Shown here in pieces: positions 9,748-18,188 of a DNA stretch of 64,000 nucleotides. A program made the position numbers and the translations under genes. Source of the stretch: an uncultured Steroidobacteraceae bacterium (GTDB lineage Bacteria > Pseudomonadota > Gammaproteobacteria > Steroidobacterales > Steroidobacteraceae); NCBI GenBank assembly GCA_964468395.1, contig CAYXUJ010000003.1, positions 18,190 to 82,189 on the forward strand, read 5' to 3'. The notes below the pieces were generated by a model. That model was given only the letters and a program-made list of their open reading frames with translations. It did no database searches and had not been told where the DNA came from. How positions within the stretch are numbered: position 1 is the stretch's first letter; every line of letters begins with the position of its first letter.

Positions 9748-12462
9748 TCACAGCAGTTCACGGAGCACCATCTGCAGAATGCCGCCATGGCGAAAGTATT
9801 CGACCTCGGCGGGAGCATCGACCCGCACTGTCGTTTCAAACGCCGTTTCAGTCCCGTCCGGGCGAGTCACGGATACCGTGGCTTTCTGCTGCGGCTTGAT
9901 GCCGGCACCGATGCCCGAGATGGACAAAGTCTCAAGACCGGTCAGCCCCAGCGTCTGCGCTGAAACCCCCTCCGGGAATTGCAGGGGCAGAATTCCCATG
10001 CAGACCAGGTTGCTGCGGTGAATGCGCTCGTATGTCTCGGCGATGACCGCCTTGACCCCGAGCAGCGCCGATCCTTTTGCCGCCCAGTCGCGTGAGCTTC
10101 CGGCGCCGTACTCCTTGCCGGCGATCACCACGAGTGGCGTGTTCTCCTTCTGGTAGCGTAGCGCGGCCTCGTAAATGCTCAACTGCTCGTTGCTGGGAAC
10201 ATGGATCGTCCGGGGTCCCTCGATTCCGGGCACCATCAGGTTGCGCAGGCGAATATTGCCGAACGTCCCGCGCATCATGACTTCGTGATTGCCGCGCCGC
10301 GACCCAAAACTGTTGAATTCCGCCGGCGGCACCGACCGCTCGACGAGATATTTTCCGGCGGGGGAGTCGGCGGTAATGGCTCCTGCCGGCGAGATGTGGT
10401 CGGTGGTAATCGAGTTGCCAAACAATGCGAGAATCCGCGCCTTTTGAATATCGGCAGGCGGCGCCGGCTCGCTCGCGAAATCGATGAAAAATGGTGGTTC
10501 ACGCACGTACGTGGAATCGCCGTCCCAGGCAAACATCGTGCCAGTCGGCGCCGGCATGCTTTTCCACTTGTCGTCCCCCGCGAAAATTCGCCCGTACTCA
10601 AGATCGAACTGTTCCGACGATACCGAGGATGCAACCAGCGACTCGACTTCCTTGGCCGATGGCCAGAGGTCCTTCAGATACACGGGGCGACCGTCCACAC
10701 CGGTTCCCAGCGGATCCACGGTCAGATCGCACTGGATCGTACCGGCGAGTGCATACGCCACGCACAAGGGCGGTGACGCCAGGTAACTGGCCTTGACCTG
10801 CCCATGAATGCGCCCCTCGAAATTCCGATTCCCTGACAGAACCGCGACGACCGTGAGCTTCCTGTCGGTCACGGCCTCGGCTATTTCTGCGGGCAGCGGA
10901 CCGGAATTGCCGATGCAGGTCGTGCATCCATAACCCACGAGATTGAAACCGAGCTGCTCGAGATACGGGGTCAATCCCGCCTTGTCGAGATACTGCGTCA
11001 CGACGCGCGAGCCGGGGGCCAGGGATGTCTTCACCCAGGGCTGGCACTTCAAGCCCGCCTTGATCGCGTTCCGAGCCAGCAGGCCCGCGGCAATCATGAC
11101 CGATGGGTTCGACGTGTTCGTGCAACTGGTGATGGCAGCGATGACAACTGAACCGTCTGCGACGGACGCGGCTGCATCCGGCTGAACCAGGCGTTCGGCC
11201 GGAGACCGCGGGACCTCCGATTCGTAATTGCCGCCCTCGCTCACCAGCCGCGCGATGATCTTGCTCTCCACCGGAAACTCGACGCCTTCGAATGCGGCCT
11301 GGAACGATTTCCGGACTCCCGCCAGCGGTACGCGATCCTGCGGCCGCTTGGGTCCGGCAACGCTCGGTTCGACGCTGCCAAGGTCCAGGTCGAGGACTTC
11401 GTTGAATTTCGGTTCCGGGTCCTCGTCGGTCCTGAACAGACCCTGTTCGCGGGTGTACCGTTCGACCAGGTCGACCAGGGCGGCGCGGCCGGTCAGCCGC
11501 AGATAATTGAGGGTATTTTCGTCGACGGGGAACAGCGTCGACGTGGCGCCGAACTCCGGCGACATGTTCGACAACGTCGCGCGGTCGGCAATGCCGAGCG
11601 CGCTCAGTCCAGGACCGAAGAACTCGACGAATTTGCCGACCACGCCGTGGGCTCTCAGCATCTGGGTCAAGGTCAATACGAGATCGGTCGCAGTCGTTCC
11701 GACCGGCAGCGTGCCGCGAGTCCTGACACCCAGCACGATCGGTTTCGGAAGAAACATCGGCTGGCCGAGCATTGCCGCTTCTGCCTCGATACCGCCGACA
11801 CCCCAGCCCAGCACCCCGAGCCCGTTGATCATCGGCGTGTGCGAGTCGGTCCCGACCAGGGTGTCCGGAAAGACCCATCCTTTACGCGATGAAACAACCT
11901 GTCCAAGGTGCTCGAGATTGACTTGATGACAGATTCCCATTCCGGGCGGCACGACCCGGAAGCCTTCGAATGCCTGCTGTGCCCAGTTGAGCAGTGCGTA
12001 GCGTTCGCGGTTCCGGCGGTATTCCCATTCGAGATTTGCGGCGTAAGCGCCGGCAGTACCGAATCGATCGACCTGGACCGAGTGGTCGATCACCAGATCG
12101 ACCGGAATGAAGGGATTCACCCGCTTGGGATCCGCGCCTGATCGGGCGACGGCGCTGCGCAATGCCGCGAGGTCGACGACAGCCGGGACGCCGGTGAAAT
12201 CCTGCATCAGCACGCGTGCCGGCATGAATGCAATGGAGGCGTCGGCACCATCCGGCCACCGGGCAAGCGACACGACGTCCGCTTCGGATACGTCACGGCC
12301 CCCAGCCCTGCGCGCAATGTTCTCCAGCAGGATCTTTACGGTGTGCGGCAATCGCGCTACATCCGCACCGACTCTCGATGCCAGCTTCGCCAGGCTCACA
12401 TAGTTTGCCGTTCCGGATTGGCTAGCGAGTTTTGCAACGGCACCGAATGGATCGCTTGTCAT
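9748..12462 (-). CDS. acnA: aconitate hydratase A (AcnA/IRP type)
   Basis: 904 aa. Fe-S ligand regions (ITSCTNTSNP; GCTTCIGNSGPL), GTDSHTP, and the swivel domain (AGKEYGAGSSRDWAAKG). Confidence 0.92.
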   Translation of the reverse strand: MTSDPFGAVAKLASQSGTANYVSLAKLASRVGADVARLPHTVKILLENIARRAGGRDVSEADVVSLARWPDGADASIAFMPARVLMQDFTGVPAVVDLAALRSAVARSGADPKRVNPFIPVDLVIDHSVQVDRFGTAGAYAANLEWEYRRNRERYALLNWAQQAFEGFRVVPPGMGICHQVNLEHLGQVVSSRKGWVFPDTLVGTDSHTPMINGLGVLGWGVGGIEAEAAMLGQPMFLPKPIVLGVRTRGTLPVGTTATDLVLTLTQMLRAHGVVGKFVEFFGPGLSALGIADRATLSNMSPEFGATSTLFPVDENTLNYLRLTGRAALVDLVERYTREQGLFRTDEDPEPKFNEVLDLDLGSVEPSVAGPKRPQDRVPLAGVRKSFQAAFEGVEFPVESKIIARLVSEGGNYESEVPRSPAERLVQPDAAASVADGSVVIAAITSCTNTSNPSVMIAAGLLARNAIKAGLKCQPWVKTSLAPGSRVVTQYLDKAGLTPYLEQLGFNLVGYGCTTCIGNSGPLPAEIAEAVTDRKLTVVAVLSGNRNFEGRIHGQVKASYLASPPLCVAYALAGTIQCDLTVDPLGTGVDGRPVYLKDLWPSAKEVESLVASSVSSEQFDLEYGRIFAGDDKWKSMPAPTGTMFAWDGDSTYVREPPFFIDFASEPAPPADIQKARILALFGNSITTDHISPAGAITADSPAGKYLVERSVPPAEFNSFGSRRGNHEVMMRGTFGNIRLRNLMVPGIEGPRTIHVPSNEQLSIYEAALRYQKENTPLVVIAGKEYGAGSSRDWAAKGSALLGVKAVIAETYERIHRSNLVCMGILPLQFPEGVSAQTLGLTGLETLSISGIGAGIKPQQKATVSVTRPDGTETAFETTVRVDAPAEVEYFRHGGILQMVLRELL

Positions 12463-12481
12463 GGTCTCAGCCTCGCACGAT

Positions 12482-13330
12482 TCAGCTCACTTCGGTCGCG
12501 ACGCGTCGCATGGTGTCGATAGCCAGATTGTGCACTTCTCTATCCGTAGTCGCCGGATAGCACAGATATGCGGTCTGGCGAAACTCCGGAGCACGCGGCA
12601 CTCGATGCACGCGACCAGCAGCCTCGTGTTCGACCAACAGGCGCGCCGGAAAATAGCCGCTGCCGCCATAGCGCAGGATCTGCATCAACCCGAGCCAGCC
12701 GACATTGACGGTCAATGCAGTGCCCGGAAAGTTGGGAAAGGCCAGGCTGTGTTGCGCAAAAAACTCCGGACCCCAATCCACGTAGATGTAGTCGTCACCG
12801 GGTTTCGGAGTGGGATCGGCTCGTGTCGAAACCATGACGAGTCGCTCCTCGAGTAGCGGCTCAATTCGAAGCCCAGGCCGGGCATGCGGCGCGTACATGA
12901 CGCCGATGTCGATGCGGCCTTCGATCAAGGCCGGCATCAGGTCGTCCTCGAATCCAACCAGCGCCCGGACTGCGACCGTCGGCGCCAGCTTTGCAAAAAT
13001 AGGCAGCCAGCGAGACAGCAATTCCTCCCAGAGTCCGATGCGACCGCCGACCGTCAGCGACGCACTGAACCCGGTTGCGACGCCGATTTCCTGCCGCGCT
13101 TGTTCGACGGTGCGTGTCAATAGCGCTGCGTGCCGTTGAAACTGTTTTCCGGCCGGCGTCAGCGTCGTGCCTGCCTTGTTTCGCACGAACAGTTCCGTGC
13201 CGAGAATCTCCTCGAGCCGTTGGATGCGCACACTGACGGTGGACTGCGTGACATGCAGTCGTTGAGCCGCTGCGACAAAGCTGCCGCCCGCGACCACAGC
13301 CAGAAACGTCCTCGCAAGCTCGGTATCCAT
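12482..13330 (-). CDS. LysR family transcriptional regulator
   Basis: 282 aa. HTH region is MDTELARTFLAVVAGGSFVAAAQRLHVTQSTVSVRIQRLEE. Its stop lies 19 nt upstream of the acnA start. Divergent from the SOD gene. Confidence 0.85.
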   Translation of the reverse strand: MDTELARTFLAVVAGGSFVAAAQRLHVTQSTVSVRIQRLEEILGTELFVRNKAGTTLTPAGKQFQRHAALLTRTVEQARQEIGVATGFSASLTVGGRIGLWEELLSRWLPIFAKLAPTVAVRALVGFEDDLMPALIEGRIDIGVMYAPHARPGLRIEPLLEERLVMVSTRADPTPKPGDDYIYVDWGPEFFAQHSLAFPNFPGTALTVNVGWLGLMQILRYGGSGYFPARLLVEHEAAGRVHRVPRAPEFRQTAYLCYPATTDREVHNLAIDTMRRVATEVS

Positions 13331-13417
13331 CGATAGATTCGATATATGTGGCTAGTTCTAATCGCTTGTCAAATGCACCGCGGAGCCGCAACCTCGGGGC
13401 CACGAACTGGAGGTGTC

Positions 13418-14068
13418 ATGAGCGTTTCGCTGCCTGAATTGCCCTATGCCCTCGATGCGCTCGAGCCGCACGTGTCGCGACGGACGCTCGCCTTCCATCA
13501 CGGGCGTCATCACGCAGCATACGTGGAGAAAACTCGGCGCCTGGTGCAGCACACGCCACTCGCATCGGCGTCGCTCGAACAGATCGTACAGACGAGCTCG
13601 CAGTTGCAAGATGAGTCGTTGTTCAACGCCGCTGCCCAGGCATGGAACCACGCGTTCCTGTGGAAGAGCATGCGCCCGACCGGTGGCGGCGAGGCGGGGG
13701 GGCGAATTGCCGAGCTGATCGAAGAGGCTTTCGGCAGTCAACGTGTCTTCGGGCAGGAATTTGTCAGCGTAGCCGGAGATCAGTTCGGCAGCGGCTGGGC
13801 TTGGCTCGTGCTCGACGGCGATCGCCTACGGATCACGTCAACCTCGAATGCCGAAACGCCGCTCACGACTCGGCAACTGCCGTTGTTGACGATCGATCTC
13901 TGGGAACACGCGTATTACCTGGATTACCAGCAACGTCGACTGGACTACGTCGCGGCCTTCCTTGGTCACCTGGTCGACTGGGAGTTCGCCAATCGCAACC
14001 TCGTTGCAGCACACGGTGAGCGTGCCTTGGACGGACACGGCCAGGAGGTTGAGATCGGCAAGGTTTGA
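13418..14068 (+). CDS. sodB: superoxide dismutase, Fe type
   Basis: 216 aa from the ATG at 13418, with a GGAGG SD-like site. LPELPYALDALEPH, HHGRHHAAYV, the Fe-type signature AAQAWNHAFLW, and DLWEHAYYLDY are present. About 25 extra C-terminal residues compared with canonical SodB. Confidence 0.85.
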   Translation: MSVSLPELPYALDALEPHVSRRTLAFHHGRHHAAYVEKTRRLVQHTPLASASLEQIVQTSSQLQDESLFNAAAQAWNHAFLWKSMRPTGGGEAGGRIAELIEEAFGSQRVFGQEFVSVAGDQFGSGWAWLVLDGDRLRITSTSNAETPLTTRQLPLLTIDLWEHAYYLDYQQRRLDYVAAFLGHLVDWEFANRNLVAAHGERALDGHGQEVEIGKV

Positions 14069-14196
14069 CAGGCGGTTCCGGCTGGTCCTCTTAAGCGACT
14101 TGTCGGTGCCCCCCTCGCTTGACAAAGTTGCCAGGCGCCAGTCCGGAACCGCCGATTTGTCGTCAATTCAGTTGCAGGTTGGGCAGGAGACTGACA

Positions 14197-14529
14197 ATGG
14201 ACGTAGCCAGACTCGAAAATTCAGCGGCAATGCTCAATCAACTGCGCCGAAAATTTGCCCCGGAGACAGAGAGTGCCTTCAGGGAGTTCGGCCGGCGCGT
14301 ATTCGCAGATGGAGCGCTGCCAGCCGATACCAAGGAACTCATCGCAGTGGCCGTTGCCCACGTGACGCAGTGCCCGCATTGCATTCGCGGTCATACACTT
14401 GCAGCGCAGCGTCGCGGCGCTACGCCGGAGGAAATCATGGAAGCGATCTGGGTCGCGGTGGAAATGCGCGCAGGTGCTGCTTTTGCCCATTCGACAATTG
14501 CACTCGAAGCTCTTCAGGGCGTTGAATAA
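14197..14529 (+). CDS. carboxymuconolactone decarboxylase (AhpD-like) family protein
   Basis: 110 aa from the ATG at 14197, with an AGGAGA SD-like site. AhpD-like CxxC motif in context (KELIAVAVAHVTQCPHCIRGH..GATPEEIMEAIWVA). Confidence 0.75.
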   Translation: MDVARLENSAAMLNQLRRKFAPETESAFREFGRRVFADGALPADTKELIAVAVAHVTQCPHCIRGHTLAAQRRGATPEEIMEAIWVAVEMRAGAAFAHSTIALEALQGVE

Positions 14530-14657
14530 CTTCGATATTCCCACGGTGTTCAGTTGAATTTCTGCAATTGTTTCAAATGATATGGTGAGGTAAACAGTTG
14601 TATCGGGTTGCCTACTTCGGGCACCGGGTTACGAGTCGCATTTAAGGGGTACCGGAA

Positions 14658-15974
14658 TTGCAGTACGCAATTGCACCCACAAAACCAGTCGAACGCATAG
14701 ATCCAATTTCGAAAAACGCTGAAATCGCGACTGCAGAGGCAATTGTTACGCGGAACTTCGACCTTGCTGCCGACCAACTCGAGCTGGCCGAAGAGAAGCG
14801 GCTTGTTCTGAGGACGTCATTTCGAGAGACGAAAGTCGCGCTGCCGGTGCACCTGGATGACGGTTCCGTGGAAGTCTTCACGGGCTACCGCGTGCAGCAC
14901 AACAGCGCCCGCGGACCTGCAAAGGGTGGTATCCGATTCCACCCAGTCGTGGATGAGGAGAAAATCCGCGCACTAGCGCAGGTCATGACCTGGAAGACTG
15001 CGCTGGTCGACGTGCCGTTTGGCGGCGCCAAAGGCGGTATCGGCTGCGACCCCGCGAAGCTGTCCAAGGCGGAACTTGAGCGACTGACGCGCAGATACGT
15101 CGCGAGAATCCATCGCGTCCTCGGACCTTATCGCGACGTGCCGGCACCTGATGTCGGCACGAATCCGGAAGTCATGGCCTGGATACTCGACGAGTTCAGT
15201 TCGAAGCAGGGCTATGCGCCGGCTTGTGTGACCGCAAAGCCTGTGGAACTCGGGGGATTGCGCGGCCGCAGCCTGGCGACGGGTCGAGGTGTCGCGTTAA
15301 TTCTGGCCGAACATTGTGATTCAATTGGACGGCGCCTTGCGAATCTGAAGGTCGCCATCCAAGGCTTCGGCAACGTCGGCTCGAGTGCGGCCAAGTTCTT
15401 GAGTGAGCGGGGCTGCGATATCGTCGCTGTCTCGGACGTCTTCGGCGGCATCCAGAGCCGTGACGGGCGCGGCTTGCCAGTCTCTGAGCTGATTGATCAC
15501 GTGGCGAAGGTTGGTTCGGTAACCGGATTCCCGAGCACGGATCCGATCAGCAATGACGATTTGCTCGGGCTAAATTGTGACGTGCTCATTCCGGCGGCAC
15601 TTGAAGGCGTTTTGCGTGGCGACAATGCCAGGCGGGTAAAGGCCGAAATCGTCCTCGAGGCGGCAAATCTCCCTACAACGCCAGCGGCGGACGAGATCCT
15701 CGAATCGATGGGAGTCGTCGTGCTGCCGGATCTCTTGGTGAATGCCGGTGGCGTCGTCGCCAGCTACTTCGAATGGAGCCAAAACCTCCAGCAGGCGCGC
15801 TGGACTGAGGAGCGCGTGAGCAACGGGCTGACTCGCTATCTGACACGGGCATATCGGGAAGTGGCGGGACACGCGATTCGCGAGGAAACTTCGTTGCGGG
15901 GCGCCGCCTACGCGATTGCGATCGAGCGCGTGGCTCGCGCAGAGGCATTACGGGGTATCGCAAGGAACAGTTGA
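14658..15974 (+). CDS. Glu/Leu/Phe/Val dehydrogenase family, glutamate dehydrogenase-like
   Basis: 438 aa with a TTG start in the track. Catalytic region GPAKGGIRFHP and PFGGAKGG, and dinucleotide fold IQGFGNVGS. Confidence 0.85.
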   Translation: MQYAIAPTKPVERIDPISKNAEIATAEAIVTRNFDLAADQLELAEEKRLVLRTSFRETKVALPVHLDDGSVEVFTGYRVQHNSARGPAKGGIRFHPVVDEEKIRALAQVMTWKTALVDVPFGGAKGGIGCDPAKLSKAELERLTRRYVARIHRVLGPYRDVPAPDVGTNPEVMAWILDEFSSKQGYAPACVTAKPVELGGLRGRSLATGRGVALILAEHCDSIGRRLANLKVAIQGFGNVGSSAAKFLSERGCDIVAVSDVFGGIQSRDGRGLPVSELIDHVAKVGSVTGFPSTDPISNDDLLGLNCDVLIPAALEGVLRGDNARRVKAEIVLEAANLPTTPAADEILESMGVVVLPDLLVNAGGVVASYFEWSQNLQQARWTEERVSNGLTRYLTRAYREVAGHAIREETSLRGAAYAIAIERVARAEALRGIARNS

Positions 15975-16160
15975 CGCCTAGCTTTCAGTGGCAAGCAACC
16001 GAATGCCGATCCGGCAACAAGCTGAACGTAAACAATACGAGGGCATCTCTGCGGGAGTTTTGCGGAAATCGGTCCTGCACGGTCCAGCATCGTGGGGCAT
16101 TCTTGCAACGGGCGCCCCGGCTAATCGGTTGATGTTGTACGCTTTGCGGAATGCAGTCAG

Positions 16161-16210
16161 GGACTGAAAATCCGCGTGTCGGTGGTTCGATTCCGCCCCT
16201 GGCCACCATC
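16161..16210 (+). repeat. exact 50-nt direct repeat of the tRNA-Phe 3' half (att-like scar)
   Basis: Identical base for base to 4565-4614 (anticodon stem through CCA plus 2 nt), on the same strand. No tRNA 5' half precedes it. Mismatches flank both ends. Confidence 0.85.
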
Positions 16211-16296
16211 CATCTCAAAGTGCATTCCGCTCAGATTTAGTTGGCAAAATCAGCTGTGCACTTTGGATGGTTTCAATGCGCTCCGCGAGCTCAATA

Positions 16297-18063
16297 TCAG
16301 CTCGATGGCAGCCAATGCCCTGCCCGAAGAGTGAGCTTCTCCAGCGCGGCTGCGACCTCGGCGGCCGGCAACGGCTTGCTGTAGAGGTAGCCCTGGAGCT
16401 GGTCGCACTTGAGCAGGCGCAGCAGCCTGGCCTGGTCCTCGGTTTCCACGCCTTCGGCGATGACCGCGAGGTCGAGCGAGCGCCCGAGCGAGATGATCGT
16501 TGAGACGAGCGACATGTGCTGCGAATCGCTCAGCATTGTCGCGACGAACGAACGGTCGATCTTCAGCGCGCTGATCGGCAGGCTGGTCAGGTAGGCGAGC
16601 GACGAGTAGCCGGTGCCGAAGTCGTCGACCGCGATGTTGATCCCCATGGCGCGCAGCTCGCGCAATTTTCTGACACTGCCCTCGACGCCGTCCATGGCCA
16701 TGCTTTCGGTAATCTCGAGATCGAGCCGCGCCGCAGCGCTGCCGAGCCCCTTGATTGCGCGTCGCACCGTTTCGACGAAGTCGGGCTGCTTGAGCTGGAC
16801 CGGCGAAACGTTGACCGCGATTCGCAGCGGCCCGCCGTTGATCAGGCGCCAGTCGCGCGACTCGATGAGCGCCTTGCGGATCACCCACGCGCCGACCTCG
16901 ACGATCATGCCGGTCTCTTCCAGCAGCGGGATGAATTTCGCCGGCGGCACCAGGGCGCCCTCGGGATCGCGCCAGCGGATCAGTGCCTCCAGCCCGGTGA
17001 CCGCTCCGGTGGCGGCTGCGACCTTGGGCTGATAGTGCAGTTCGAATTCCCCGTTCTCGAGCGCACGATGCAGCCGCGATTCGAGCAGCAAGGTCTCGGC
17101 GACGCGGGCATTCATCTCCGGCTGGTAGAACAGCATCCGGTCGCCTGTGACCCTGGCCTTTTTCTTGGCGTCTTCGGCGTGGCGGAACAGGGTATCCGCG
17201 TCCGGACCGTCCGGCGGGCATACCGCGACACCCGTGGTCATTGCGATCCGGACTTCCTTGCCGCCGATGGCGAACGGTTGGCCCAGGATCTTTTGCAGGC
17301 AGGCGTCGACCCGCGCGGCGATCTCTGCGGGCTCCCCCGTCGCGTCGAGGATGAAAGCGAAGGAGTCACCCGCGATCCGCGCCGCGTTCTCGCGCTCCGG
17401 ACAGGATGCCCGCACGCGCTGTGCGAACTCGCGCAGCAGCGCGTCCCCGGCTTCGCGTCCGAACGTCTCGTTCACCTGCCGGAATCGCTTGATATTGCCC
17501 ACCACGACGGCCGTACTTTTCTGACTCCGCTGCACGTCCCGCAGGACCTGCGCCAGCCGCTCGTGGAACAGGGCGCGGTTGGGCAGCCCGGTAAGCTCGT
17601 CGTAGTGGGCCAGGTATTCAAGCTCGTCGCTCAGTTGCGCAAGCCGTTGCTCCTGCTCCCGCCGCTCGGTGATGTCGCGTGCCATGCCGTCGATGCGTAT
17701 AACGCGGCCGTCCGCACCGAGTGCCGAGCGCCCGCGGGTCTCGATCCAGCGCACCGCGTCCTGCGGCGTGACGATGCGGTACACGGCCTCGAATGGGGCG
17801 CCGCGAGTCGCCGCCTCCCAGACGGCCAGCACGCGGTCGCGGTCTTCGGGATGGATCAGGCTGCTCCATTCGCCGAAGCCGTGGCTGAATGCTTCGTCCG
17901 GCTTGCCGAACACCGCTTGCGCCGCCGGGCTGATGTACAGGACTTCGTGCGATGGAATCTCCACCGACCAGACCACGTCGGGCAGGGTCGCGGCGATGCC
18001 TCTGACCCGCTCGCGCAGGGCCGCTAGCTGCCGTTCCGCCTTCAATTTCGGTTGCTCGCCCAT
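16297..18063 (-). CDS. PAS-GGDEF-EAL signalling protein (degenerate GGDEF, intact EAL)
   Basis: About 588 aa from the ATG at 18063, with a GGAGG SD-like site. PAS region (VWSVEIPSHEVLYISPAAQAVFG). The GGDEF domain has AGDSF at the signature position. The EAL domain has EALIRW, EITE, DDFGTGYSSLAYL, KIDRSF and EGVET. Confidence 0.88.
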   Translation of the reverse strand: MGEQPKLKAERQLAALRERVRGIAATLPDVVWSVEIPSHEVLYISPAAQAVFGKPDEAFSHGFGEWSSLIHPEDRDRVLAVWEAATRGAPFEAVYRIVTPQDAVRWIETRGRSALGADGRVIRIDGMARDITERREQEQRLAQLSDELEYLAHYDELTGLPNRALFHERLAQVLRDVQRSQKSTAVVVGNIKRFRQVNETFGREAGDALLREFAQRVRASCPERENAARIAGDSFAFILDATGEPAEIAARVDACLQKILGQPFAIGGKEVRIAMTTGVAVCPPDGPDADTLFRHAEDAKKKARVTGDRMLFYQPEMNARVAETLLLESRLHRALENGEFELHYQPKVAAATGAVTGLEALIRWRDPEGALVPPAKFIPLLEETGMIVEVGAWVIRKALIESRDWRLINGGPLRIAVNVSPVQLKQPDFVETVRRAIKGLGSAAARLDLEITESMAMDGVEGSVRKLRELRAMGINIAVDDFGTGYSSLAYLTSLPISALKIDRSFVATMLSDSQHMSLVSTIISLGRSLDLAVIAEGVETEDQARLLRLLKCDQLQGYLYSKPLPAAEVAAALEKLTLRAGHWLPSS

Positions 18064-18188
18064 GATTTGCCTCCTGGCTCCCGCGAGGTTGGGCCGCGCT
18101 GCCGAAGGAGAAGGCACAGCTTGCAGCGCTGGGTGCCGGATCAGTTGCCGCCGCTTGCTGCCGGCACAGTTTGGGCGGACTATGCGCC

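Noticed and set aside
16161-16210. A second functional tRNA-Phe gene, or a tRNA gene at 21551-21598
   Set aside because: Both copies lack the acceptor 5' strand and the D arm. The outer copy also has a disrupted anticodon loop and T stem. They were annotated as att-like repeats instead.
15985-16218. A 77-aa minus-strand ORF (MRWMVARGGIEPPTRGFSV...)
   Set aside because: The GGIEPPT peptide is the well-known artefactual translation of the reverse complement of a tRNA T-arm and acceptor. It overlaps the tRNA-Phe 3'-half repeat and is not a gene.
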